Below are positions 47,390 through 56,019 of a stretch of DNA of 64,000 nucleotides, piece by piece. Position 1 is the stretch's first letter. Every line of letters starts with the position of its first letter. The notes under the pieces were generated by a model. The model was not told the DNA's origin and made no database searches. It saw nothing but the letters and a program-made list of their open reading frames with translations. The stretch is from an uncultured bacterium (GTDB lineage: Bacteria; Verrucomicrobiota; Kiritimatiellia; CAIVKH01), in assembly GCA_937958885.1 (NCBI GenBank), contig CALGMT010000026.1:32468-96467 (forward strand), written 5' to 3'. The position numbers and the translations under genes are program-made.

Positions 47390-47731
47390 TTACGGCGTTG
47401 TGCGATTGGTTTCGCGCACGTCAGACTGCGGGGCGCGCGCAGTTTTGGCAAGGTCATTTTCCGCGCTCATCGAATTCGCATCGAGCGAGGTGTAGCGCGC
47501 TTGTCGCATCTTGAATCTGCGAAAGGGGCGCATCGATCCGCGCAGGCTCGGGAAATGTTTGTGGAACCATGCCGACATCCGGCGAAAGGACTTCACATAG
47601 GGCGCCAGCAGCAGCGCGCCGACGGCGAGGAACAACGACCCCGGCACCATCGGCACGAGCATTCCGACGGCGCCGGCGCCGATCAGCGCCCAGCCCGCGG
47701 CTTGCCGCACGATGGGGGAGAGGTGCTTCAT
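47390..47731 (-). CDS. Small hypothetical membrane protein (PGPGW-like?)
   Basis: ATG overlapping the crcB stop (ATGA); two hydrophobic helices. The enclosing 425-aa ORF-track entry 47390..48667 is read-through through crcB on another frame and was not used. Confidence 0.3.
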   Translation of the reverse strand: MKHLSPIVRQAAGWALIGAGAVGMLVPMVPGSLFLAVGALLLAPYVKSFRRMSAWFHKHFPSLRGSMRPFRRFKMRQARYTSLDANSMSAENDLAKTARAPQSDVRETNRTTP

Positions 47732-48108
47732 ACGATCCACCGCCCGATCGCGACACCGGCAAACAGCATCAGAATCCCGATCGCATTCTGGCCCGCGATG
47801 TTCAGCGCGGCGGCGAACCAATCCGAGGCGCGCAGCAGCGCGGCGGTGTCGTGCGTGAAACTCGAAAAAGTGGTGAACGAGCCGAGAAATCCGATCAGCA
47901 CCACCGTGCGCCACGCCCCCAGCGCCGCGTGCCGCTGCTCGATCACGCTCCACAGCAAGCCGAAGAGAAAACAGCCCGTGATGTTCACCGCGAACGTGCC
48001 CCACGGGAATCCGTGCCCGGCCCATCGCTGGATCGCATGCGACAGGCCGTAGCGCGCGAGGGTGCCGCACGCGCCGGCGAAGGCCAGCCATGACAGGTGC
48101 GCGATCAC
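47728..48108 (-). CDS. crcB: Fluoride ion channel CrcB/FluC
   Basis: GFLGSFTTFSSF signature. Confidence 0.85.
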   Translation of the reverse strand: MIAHLSWLAFAGACGTLARYGLSHAIQRWAGHGFPWGTFAVNITGCFLFGLLWSVIEQRHAALGAWRTVVLIGFLGSFTTFSSFTHDTAALLRASDWFAAALNIAGQNAIGILMLFAGVAIGRWIV

Positions 48109-48111
48109 GGC

Positions 48112-49401
48112 TCAAAGGCTCACATAGCGGAAGCCCAGCTTGCGCGCCTGGTCGCGGTTGAAGAAGTGCTTCGCATCCACGATCACCGGCGTGCGGCAGA
48201 CCTTCCGAAGGCGGGCGAGCGTGAGCGGCTTGTACGCGTCGTGCTTGTTGATCAGGACGATCGCGTCGATGTCGCGCGCCTGCTGCGGTGTGACGGTTTC
48301 GATATCGAATTTCCGTTTGAGCGTCTCGGGCTCGCCGAGCGGCTCCCACGTCGTCACGTTGCAGCCGAAGCCGCGCAGGTAGGCGACCACATCCTCCGCG
48401 CGCGAGTTGCGGAAATCCGGCACGTTCTCCTTGAAGGTCATGCCGAGAATCCAGACGTTCGCGTTCTTCGGCAGACGGCCCGCCGCGATCATCTCGCGGA
48501 TGCACAGCTCGCCGACGTACGAACCCATCGAATCGTTGATGCGCCGTCCCGCGAGGATCACTTCCGGATGATAGCCCAGCATCAGCGCGCGATGCGTGAG
48601 ATAATACGGGTCCACGCCGATGCAGTGGCCGCCGACAAGACCGGGATGGTATTTGTGGAAGTTCCATTTCGTGCCCGCCGCCTCGATCACCTCGTGCGTG
48701 TCGATCCCGATCCGCGCGAAAATTTTCGACAGCTCGTTCATCAACGCGATGTTCAGATCGCGCTGCACGTTTTCGATCACCTTCGCCGCCTCGGCCGTTT
48801 TGATGTTCGACGCGGGATGCACGCCCGCCTTTACGATCGAGCGATAAAGCGCGGCACAGCGCTGGAGGGCCTTCGCGTTGTGGCCGCTGACGATCTTGAT
48901 CACGTTCGTGACGGTGTGCTCTTTGTCGCCCGGATTCACGCGCTCCGGCGAATAGGCGAGGTCGAACTCGCCGAGCTTCAGGCCGGAATGCTTTTCCAGC
49001 AGCGGCAGACAGACATCTTCGGTGACGCCCGGATAGACGGTGCTTTCATACACCACCATCGTTCCGCGCCGCATCACCTTGCCGATCATTTCGGAGGAGC
49101 GGATCAGGGGATCGAGGTCCGGCTCCTTCGCGATGTTCACCGGGGTCGGCACGGCGACGATGATCGTCGTGCAGCGCGCGAGGTCCTGAGGGTCGCTCGT
49201 AAAGTGCAGGTTCGGATGCTTGAGGTCTTTCGGATCCGCCTCGCCCGTGTGATCGCGGCCCGCGCGCAACTCGTCCACACGAACCGGACGAATGTCATAG
49301 CCCACGACCTCGGTTAATTTGGAAAACGCGACGGCCAGGGGCATCCCCACGTAGCCGAGGCCGACCACTCCGACGATTTCACGCCGCGCCGACTTCGCCA
49401 T
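48112..49401 (-). CDS. Nucleotide-sugar 6-dehydrogenase (UDP-glucose/UDP-GlcNAc dehydrogenase family)
   Basis: N-terminal GLGYVGMPLA Rossmann motif; central catalytic-Cys region (GGHCIGVDP); start at ATG 49401. Confidence 0.85.
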   Translation of the reverse strand: MAKSARREIVGVVGLGYVGMPLAVAFSKLTEVVGYDIRPVRVDELRAGRDHTGEADPKDLKHPNLHFTSDPQDLARCTTIIVAVPTPVNIAKEPDLDPLIRSSEMIGKVMRRGTMVVYESTVYPGVTEDVCLPLLEKHSGLKLGEFDLAYSPERVNPGDKEHTVTNVIKIVSGHNAKALQRCAALYRSIVKAGVHPASNIKTAEAAKVIENVQRDLNIALMNELSKIFARIGIDTHEVIEAAGTKWNFHKYHPGLVGGHCIGVDPYYLTHRALMLGYHPEVILAGRRINDSMGSYVGELCIREMIAAGRLPKNANVWILGMTFKENVPDFRNSRAEDVVAYLRGFGCNVTTWEPLGEPETLKRKFDIETVTPQQARDIDAIVLINKHDAYKPLTLARLRKVCRTPVIVDAKHFFNRDQARKLGFRYVSL

Positions 49402-49452
49402 AAACCCTCCGATGAACAAATAAAGTACAGGGTCTGTAATGAACAGAGCGCG

Positions 49453-49503
49453 CAATTTACAGCGGATGGAAGTCCGCGGAAACTCTTTTTACATCGGATG
49501 GAA
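49453..49503 (-). repeat. Two degenerate copies (32-bp period, minus orientation) of the TTCCAT..TGTAAA motif
   Basis: Minus-strand reading: TTCCATCCGATGTAAAAAG and TTCCATCCGCTGTAAATTG. Located 50-100 bp upstream of the dehydrogenase start. Confidence 0.6.
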
Positions 49504-49515
49504 GGTTTCAGGGCG

Positions 49516-49737
49516 CTAGGCGCCGGGGCTGCTCTTCAGCAAGCGGTCGATCAGCACGAACGCGAGCGCGGCGCGCTCGTTGCGCGAGAGTTTGGATTCG
49601 AGCGCGGCCAGTTCAGTTTGGATTCGCGGCGCGGCGTCTGGGTCCTCGTGGGCCAGGCGGAATGCGCTCCTGAGCTGGCTCTCGTTGATGCAATAGACGG
49701 ATTCGCCGCCGAGCAGCTCGATGGGTTTTACAGCCAT
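49516..49737 (-). CDS. Hypothetical small protein (73 aa)
   Basis: Internal ATG (MAVKPIELLG...) of ORF 49516..49818; no motif recognised. Confidence 0.3.
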   Translation of the reverse strand: MAVKPIELLGGESVYCINESQLRSAFRLAHEDPDAAPRIQTELAALESKLSRNERAALAFVLIDRLLKSSPGA

Positions 49738-49744
49738 GGCCGGC

Positions 49745-50065
49745 TCAGACCGCGAAGCTGGAGCCGCAGCCGCAGGCCTTGACCGCCTTTGGGTTTTTGA
49801 ATCGGAACCCGGATGCAATCAGATCGTCGGAATAATCGATCTGGAGCCCGTCGAGGAACATGGCGCTGTTCGGGTCCGCAATCACACGGAGATCGCGCTC
49901 TTCGAAAAGGACTTGATCCGTGTCTGACAGGGTGTTGTCGATGCAGGCGGAATAGGTCATTCCAGAGCAGCCGCCGGAAACTACAGAAATCCGCAGAAAA
50001 TTGGGTCCGGTCGCCTCGAGTTTCGCCAGCTCACTCTTGGCTTTTTCACTGATCTGAATCGTCAT
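49745..50065 (-). CDS. erpA: Iron-sulfur cluster insertion protein (ErpA/IscA, HesB family)
   Basis: C-x(n)-CGCG three-cysteine HesB signature; 106 aa. Confidence 0.8.
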   Translation of the reverse strand: MTIQISEKAKSELAKLEATGPNFLRISVVSGGCSGMTYSACIDNTLSDTDQVLFEERDLRVIADPNSAMFLDGLQIDYSDDLIASGFRFKNPKAVKACGCGSSFAV

Positions 50066-50349
50066 ATGCACACGCCTCCAACAAACGCCGACAAAATACG
50101 TCGGGAATGCCAGGTTGTCAAGGATTGCGCTGCCGCTAAACAAGCGATAGAGGCTGGCGCGTCGGAAGGCAGCGCCCTGGAAGAAAGGTAGGGCGGGGCC
50201 TCCGGACACGCCGGCCGATCAAGACCGGCGCCGCACTAAAACGTGTATATTCTTCACATAGCATTTGCCAAACGGGCTGTTGATAGAAGTTCTTTTTATT
50301 CGTTCGGCAAATGTCGGTTCGGGTCCGGACAAAACACCCCCCCGCTGCG

Positions 50350-50422
50350 CGGGCCCCTCCCAGGAGGGGACCTGAATACGACTCCCCTCCTCCGGAGGGG
50401 TGCCCGAAGGGCGGGGTGGGTA
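50350..50422 (+). repeat. G-rich double-hairpin element (CCCCTCC..GGAGGGG x2 + GTGCCCGAAGGGCGGGGTGGGT), copy 1
   Basis: Near-identical to 61240-61307; contains four G-runs (G-quadruplex-prone). Confidence 0.7.
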
Positions 50423-50588
50423 AAACCGCAAAAGTGTCCAAGGGGCGTAGTGTTTTTTGGGGCCATGATTTTGGCAACTGCCCCTTCACACGACCATTGC
50501 CGGCCGTTCCGTTCACGTCTGTTTCAATTTTGATGGCACGCGTGCGCCGCTTGAAGTTGGGATAAGGCACGAGTACGGTTGCAACCCG

Positions 50589-51161
50589 ATGAGCTCAATC
50601 ACCACCAAAGTGGGCGACAAAGGGACGACATTTCTGTTTTCCGGCGAGGAGGTGTCGAAGGATTCGCCGCGCACGATGGCGTACGGCGATCTCGATGAGC
50701 TGGTCAGCGTATTGGGCGTCGCGCGCTGCCATGCGCGGCTGGAAGAGATCAAAGAAGATATTCTTACGATCCAACGCGATTTATTCGTTGCTGGGGCGGA
50801 GCTGGCGACTGCGCTGGATCACGTGGGGTTGCTCAAGCAGCGGATTGGCGCGGTTGAGTTGAAGCGATTCGAGGCCCGGCGCGACGCGCTTGAAGCGCGC
50901 ATCAAAATGCCGGACGGGTTTATCATTCCCGGCGGAAGCGGCTCGATAGGCGCGGCGCACCTCGATCATGCGCGTACGATTGCGCGCCGCGTCGAGCGGC
51001 GCGCGGTGACGTTGCAGCGGGCGGGATTGATCGATAACGCCCATCTCCTCGTCTGGTTGAACCGGCTTTCCGATTATCTGTGGCTGCTGGCTCGATTGGA
51101 GGAGGGCGAGTCGCTCTCGCTGCGCGAAGTGCGGCGCCGAAAGGAGTCGGCCTCCACATGA
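50589..51161 (+). CDS. ATP:cob(I)alamin adenosyltransferase, PduO/MMAB type
   Basis: KVGDKGTT N-terminal motif and overall PduO-type sequence. Confidence 0.8.
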   Translation: MSSITTKVGDKGTTFLFSGEEVSKDSPRTMAYGDLDELVSVLGVARCHARLEEIKEDILTIQRDLFVAGAELATALDHVGLLKQRIGAVELKRFEARRDALEARIKMPDGFIIPGGSGSIGAAHLDHARTIARRVERRAVTLQRAGLIDNAHLLVWLNRLSDYLWLLARLEEGESLSLREVRRRKESAST

Positions 51162-52078
51162 GCGAGTATCGGCCTGGCGCGGCGCGCCGGAAAATGGGGC
51201 CGCGCCTCGCGGAGTTCACCACATTTCGACTGGGCGGTCCGTGCCGCGGGCTCACGACGTGCGCGACCCGCCTCGAATTGCGGCGCGCGATCGAACAATT
51301 GGGCGAAGCGGGCGAACCGTTTGTCCTGATGGGCGGCGGATCGAATCTGCTCGTCAGCGACGCGGGGGTCGATGCGCACGTGATCCGCTATTTCAGCGAA
51401 AAACCGTTGATCGCGCGCGCGGGCAACGACCTGTCCGTGCAGGCGTCCACGCGGCTCGACGACCTCGCGGCCTATACGGTGTTGAACGGGCTCGACGGGC
51501 TGATTTGTTGCACCGGCATTCCGGGCACCGTCGGCGGCGCGATTGTCGGAAATGCGGGCGCGTTTGGAGAGCAAATCGGCGACCGCGTCGTGAGCATTAC
51601 GGCGATGGACCGCTCAGGAAACGAGCGCGAGATGACAGCGGACGAGCTGTCCTTCGGGTATCGCCGTTCCGCGCTGGCGGATACCGACATCATCGTGGTC
51701 GCCGCGCGGTTGCGCCTGCGTCCGGGGGACCGCGAGCGCCTGCGCGCGCGGCGGCAGGAGATCCTCGCGCTGCGCGCATCGAAACATCCCGATTGGCAGC
51801 GCATCCCGACTGCGGGCAGTTTCTTCAAGAACATTGAGCCGACTTCGAGCGCTGAACGCCGCCAGGCGGCAGGATGGTTTCTTGAACAGGCGGGCGCGAA
51901 GTCGATGAGGGTTGGCGGCGCCCGTACGTTTGAGAAGCACGCCAACATCATCATCGCCGAACGCGGCTGCAAGGCGGCGGACGTGCTCGAACTCGCTCGC
52001 CAGATGGCGGCGCGGGTGAAAGAGAAGTTCGGGATCGATTTGCACCGCGAGGTGCGGCTGCTGGGCGCGTTCGAATGA
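51158..52078 (+). CDS. murB: UDP-N-acetylenolpyruvoylglucosamine reductase
   Basis: FAD-binding GGGSN motif; MurB C-terminal domain; ATG at 51158 overlapping the previous stop. Confidence 0.85.
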   Translation: MSEYRPGAARRKMGPRLAEFTTFRLGGPCRGLTTCATRLELRRAIEQLGEAGEPFVLMGGGSNLLVSDAGVDAHVIRYFSEKPLIARAGNDLSVQASTRLDDLAAYTVLNGLDGLICCTGIPGTVGGAIVGNAGAFGEQIGDRVVSITAMDRSGNEREMTADELSFGYRRSALADTDIIVVAARLRLRPGDRERLRARRQEILALRASKHPDWQRIPTAGSFFKNIEPTSSAERRQAAGWFLEQAGAKSMRVGGARTFEKHANIIIAERGCKAADVLELARQMAARVKEKFGIDLHREVRLLGAFE

Positions 52079-52752
52079 GTGAGTTTCGGGAAATTCGGAA
52101 CGTGCTGGCCGTTCGGGCCGTCGGCCCCGACATCGCCGCGATCGAGATCGAACGGCATGACTTGGCGTTCACCCCCGGCGACTGCATGGCGCTGTATGCG
52201 GACGACGGCCGGGTGTCGCGCCCATACAGCATCGCGTCGGGCACGGCGGATCCGATTTTGCGGTTCATCGTGCGCCGGATGCCGGGCGGCGATGTCAGCC
52301 CGTTTCTCTGCAGTCGGCAACCCGGCGACGAAGTGCGCGTGAGTCCGCCGTTCGGCTGGTTTCGGCCCGGCGCGAACGCGGCGCAACGGCCGTTCGTTTT
52401 TTTGGCGACGGGCACAGGTGTCGCGCCGTTTTTCGCCTATTTGCGCAGCCCCGGCGCGCGCCGACCGGCGTTGTTCCGGTACGGCTGCCGCGCGGCGGCC
52501 GACTTGGTGGAGCCCGACTGGCTGCGCGCGCATGGCGGTGCGGTATGTTATGTCTCGCGCGAGCGCGCGCCGGGCTGCGCTCACGGGCGTATTACCGACG
52601 GCATGGACGATCTGCCGCTGGGCGACTACGATTATTATTTATGCGGGTTGGATGCGATGATCGACGAGGCGACGCGGTACTTGCAGTCCCGCGGCATTCC
52701 GATCACTGCGATTCACCGGGAGTGTTTTTTCAATGCTTCTGCCGCGGGGTGA
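52075..52752 (+). CDS. FAD/NAD(P)-binding oxidoreductase (ferredoxin-NADP reductase-like)
   Basis: RPYSIAS FAD-binding motif; GTGVAPF NAD-binding motif. Confidence 0.6.
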   Translation: MSEFREIRNVLAVRAVGPDIAAIEIERHDLAFTPGDCMALYADDGRVSRPYSIASGTADPILRFIVRRMPGGDVSPFLCSRQPGDEVRVSPPFGWFRPGANAAQRPFVFLATGTGVAPFFAYLRSPGARRPALFRYGCRAAADLVEPDWLRAHGGAVCYVSRERAPGCAHGRITDGMDDLPLGDYDYYLCGLDAMIDEATRYLQSRGIPITAIHRECFFNASAAG

Positions 52753-52755
52753 GCA

Positions 52756-53442
52756 ATGAAGAAATGGCTATTGACTTATCCTGAAGACGGTCTGTCGGTT
52801 TTGCGCTACAAAGAATTTGTGCGGCTGTGCGGCGCGGAGCCCGTCTTGTTGGACGAACGGTGGGTTGCGCCGCCCGACCTTGATGCGTTTGACGCATTGC
52901 TGCTATCTGGCGGCGGAGATGTCGATCCGGCTCTATATGGCGCCGCTGAACGGCATCCCAAGGTTTACGACGTGGATCCCGCGCGCGACGAGTTGGAGCT
53001 GCAATTAATCGACGCCTTTTGTTCGAGCGGCCGCCCGGTCTTCGGCATTTGCCGCGGAGTTCAGATACTCAACGTCTATGCCGGCGGCGGGTTGATCCAG
53101 CACGTCCCCGACATCTGCCCGGAACAAGACGAACGCCATGAGCGACTGAATACATATGACGCGATGCACGCGCTTCGTCCTGTCCCGGAAACCCGGCTGG
53201 GCGCGGTGCTGGCATCGGTTAACGAAAGCAACAGCGCGCACCATCAGGCATTGGACCCACAGCGGATCGGACGGGGGTTGCGCGTGGCAGCGCTGAGCGG
53301 GGGCGGCGTGATCGAAGCCGTGGAGTCTGCCGAACCCGCGGCTCGACTCTCCGCCGTTCAATGGCATCCCGAGCGGCTGCCGCCCGATCATCCGGCGGCG
53401 GCCGTCCTTGCCGCATACTGGCGCGCACTCGGCGCCGAATGA
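52756..53442 (+). CDS. Class I glutamine amidotransferase-like hydrolase (gamma-glutamyl-GABA hydrolase / peptidase C26 family)
   Basis: GICRGVQ catalytic Cys context; HH...P near the C-terminus. Confidence 0.75.
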   Translation: MKKWLLTYPEDGLSVLRYKEFVRLCGAEPVLLDERWVAPPDLDAFDALLLSGGGDVDPALYGAAERHPKVYDVDPARDELELQLIDAFCSSGRPVFGICRGVQILNVYAGGGLIQHVPDICPEQDERHERLNTYDAMHALRPVPETRLGAVLASVNESNSAHHQALDPQRIGRGLRVAALSGGGVIEAVESAEPAARLSAVQWHPERLPPDHPAAAVLAAYWRALGAE

Positions 53443-53471
53443 ACCTGCCGCGATCGCTCGTTTCGCGCGGA

Positions 53472-53804
53472 TCAGGCTGCCGGGGCCGGTTTGGTGTAGG
53501 TTGCACTGCCGAACGCAAGAATCGGGTAAAAGACGATCGGCAGCAAAATCATCCCGGCCGCGAAGCCGCCGCCCTTTCCAAATGCCTTTGCGATGGCGAC
53601 TGTCAAAAGAATCCCAACGACGATGTTCACAAAGGGGATGAGGAACAGCGCGATCCACCAAAGCGGCTTGCCCGCGATCTGGATCATGACAATAATATTG
53701 TAGATGGGAATGATGCACGCCCAGCCGGGTTGCCCCGCTTTGGTGAATATTTTCCACATCGATACAATGCCGACCACAACCAGCGCCAGCCACACGATCA
53801 ACAT
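53472..53804 (-). CDS. Conserved small membrane protein (DUF-type, WKIF.KAG.PGW...IPIYN family)
   Basis: Three TM helices; the motif pattern is recalled from a widespread uncharacterised family. Confidence 0.5.
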   Translation of the reverse strand: MLIVWLALVVVGIVSMWKIFTKAGQPGWACIIPIYNIIVMIQIAGKPLWWIALFLIPFVNIVVGILLTVAIAKAFGKGGGFAAGMILLPIVFYPILAFGSATYTKPAPAA

Positions 53805-54010
53805 GCCGGCGCCGATCGATGCCGGCCGCCGCGTCCGCGTTATACGGTTCCATATCAGCTCCTCCTGTGGATTCGTACAGTATCGAAATAATGCGGAACG
53901 TACATCATTAGAGCGCCGCTGCCGCTACGCGAGGGTCGCGGCGCGCTTTTGACTTGCGCCGATTCCGAGGCTGGGTAAGGGTTTCCGCGCTGTTTTGAGG
54001 GGATGCTGGC

Positions 54011-54778
54011 GTGGATTCCAATTTGACACTGGATTTGACCATTTTCGTGCCTTGCTTCAACGAGGCGAAATTGATCGAGCGCACGCTCGATACTATCCGC
54101 GCTGCGGCGGAGGGGTTCCCGTTCACGTATGAGATTCTCGTGTATGACGATGCGTCCACCGACGGCACGTCCGATGTCGTGAAGGCCTACATCGAGAAGC
54201 ATCGCATACCGCCCGACCAGATCATCCTCGAGCGGTGCGAGACGAACGCCGGAATCGGGATCAATTACTTTCGCGCGGCGGAGCGGGGGCGCGGCGAGTA
54301 TTTCATTGTGCTGTTTGGCGACAACTCGGAGCCGGTGTCGTCGATCCGGAAAATTTTCGACCTGCTGGGCAAGGCGGATGTGATCATTCCCTACATCGAC
54401 AGCCGGTTGTTCGGCGGACGATTCAACAGCGATCATCGCAGCTTCTTTCGTCGCTTTTGCTCAATCAACTTTGCCCGTCTTGTGCGCTTGTTCAGCGGCC
54501 ATCGCATCCACTATTTCAACGGGTTTGTGATGCATCGCCGCCGAAATGTGCTGATGCACCGCATCCGAACGTATGGCCTGGGTTATCAGGCGGAGCTGTT
54601 GTGCCGCGTCCTGAACGATCCCAATGTGACGTTTCTCGAGGTGCGGGTTCCCTGCGCGACACGCGAGGAGGGGGCGTCCACCGCGTTCCGTCTTAAAAAT
54701 GTCATTTCGGTGGCCGGCTCGCTGCTTCGGATCTTGAAGCATCGCCTGGTTGGGCCCAAGCCCGCGTCGGCGGCTTGA
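54011..54778 (+). CDS. Family 2 glycosyltransferase
   Basis: VPCFNEA...YDDASTDGT GT2 motifs; GTG start. Confidence 0.75.
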   Translation: MDSNLTLDLTIFVPCFNEAKLIERTLDTIRAAAEGFPFTYEILVYDDASTDGTSDVVKAYIEKHRIPPDQIILERCETNAGIGINYFRAAERGRGEYFIVLFGDNSEPVSSIRKIFDLLGKADVIIPYIDSRLFGGRFNSDHRSFFRRFCSINFARLVRLFSGHRIHYFNGFVMHRRRNVLMHRIRTYGLGYQAELLCRVLNDPNVTFLEVRVPCATREEGASTAFRLKNVISVAGSLLRILKHRLVGPKPASAA

Positions 54779-54859
54779 GCCCCCGACATTCGCTGTTGAA
54801 ACGCCGGGGCGATCCGTGTATGAAGCGCGGGTTACGGAATTGAAGGAAGGGTAACGGTC

Positions 54860-55072
54860 ATGGCGGTCAAACACATTCGCAACAAGCATCTTCGGCGCAA
54901 GCGCAAGGGCGCGGCGGAAAAACTCCGCCGCCAGAAGCTCCAGAAAAAACGCGTCGTGGCCCTGGGCGTGCCGGAGGAAAAAGCGGCGAAAATGAACGCC
55001 AAGGAAATCCGCACCCTGCTTCGGAAGCCCAAGAAGACGGCCAAACGCTTCGCGAAAAGCGCGGCGGCCTGA
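54860..55072 (+). CDS. Hypothetical small highly basic protein (70 aa, about 40% K/R)
   Basis: ORF with Lys/Arg-rich composition; no family recognised. Confidence 0.3.
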   Translation: MAVKHIRNKHLRRKRKGAAEKLRRQKLQKKRVVALGVPEEKAAKMNAKEIRTLLRKPKKTAKRFAKSAAA

Positions 55073-55098
55073 TCCGCGCGCGACGCGAAGGCCGCCTC

Positions 55099-56019
55099 AT
55101 GCCGGTCCGCTGGCGCCATCGGGTCGAATACGTGCTGCTACGCGGGTGCGCGGCGCTGTTCCGCCGGTTGCCGTTTTGCATATCATTTGTTTTGGCGGCG
55201 GGCCTGGCGGCGCTGGCTTATCGGCTCTTTCCGAAGCGTCCTGCGGAGGCGCGCCGCCGGATCGCGCAGGTGTTTCCTCACAAGTCCCTGTCTGAAGTCC
55301 GCGCGATTGCCAAGATCGGATTGCGCAATTTGTTTTTCAGCGCGATCGAGACCATTCGATTCCAGAAATTGCCGGCTCGCTGGATCGAGCGGCATGTGGA
55401 GGTGGGCAACTTCCCTGAAAACGTCGAGGCCCACATCCAGAAGGGGCGGGGCGCGCTCTTCGTAATTCCGCACATGGGCAACTGGGAATTGGCCGGCTTG
55501 GTGGCGGGTCGTCGCGGCTTGCCCTTATTTTTTCTGGTGGGGCGCCAGCGGAATCCGCTCTCGGAGGCGTATTTGAACCGTGTTCGCAGGGCGACTGGAC
55601 TGGAGTACATTCCGCGAGACCATAAGTCCACTCGCATCCTGCTGCGGCGGCTCCGGGAGGGCAAAATCTTTGGCATCCTTCCGGATGTTCGGATGAAAAC
55701 ACCGGGCGTGCCGGTGCGGCTGTTCGGAGTCAACGCCGATATGCCCGGCGGCGTCGCCATGCTGGCCCGGCATTCGGATGTGCCGATTTTTCTCGGACAT
55801 GTCCGGCGTGTGGGGTGGTGGCGGCATGTCTGGGAATTCGAGCCGCCGATAAAAGTCGATCCTGCCGCCGACCCGGATCAGGAATCCTTGCGCATCCATC
55901 AGCGCATCGCCGATTATTTCACGGAGGTCGTGCGCAGGTATCCGGACCAGTATTTCTGGTACAACAGGCGTTGGGTCCTTGAGCCGCGCGCGCCGGGCGC
56001 GACGACCGCTGCACGCTGA
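55099..56019 (+). CDS. Lipid A biosynthesis (Kdo2-lipid IVA) acyltransferase, LpxL/HtrB family
   Basis: N-terminal TM helix; PHMGNWE (H-x4-E/D) motif; LPS-acyltransferase family pattern. Confidence 0.65.
   Translation: MPVRWRHRVEYVLLRGCAALFRRLPFCISFVLAAGLAALAYRLFPKRPAEARRRIAQVFPHKSLSEVRAIAKIGLRNLFFSAIETIRFQKLPARWIERHVEVGNFPENVEAHIQKGRGALFVIPHMGNWELAGLVAGRRGLPLFFLVGRQRNPLSEAYLNRVRRATGLEYIPRDHKSTRILLRRLREGKIFGILPDVRMKTPGVPVRLFGVNADMPGGVAMLARHSDVPIFLGHVRRVGWWRHVWEFEPPIKVDPAADPDQESLRIHQRIADYFTEVVRRYPDQYFWYNRRWVLEPRAPGATTAAR

Noticed and set aside
47390-48667. 425-aa ORF spanning crcB on another frame
   Set aside because: Arg/Gly/Ala-rich nonsense translation for most of its length. Only its last ~113 codons (47390..47731), after the crcB stop, look like a real small membrane protein.
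50250-50588. Cobalamin riboswitch upstream of the PduO-type adenosyltransferase
   Set aside because: No B12-box (rAGYCMGgAgaCCkGCC-like) or the characteristic multi-stem junction could be found. The structured element present is the G-rich double hairpin, which also occurs at an unrelated locus.
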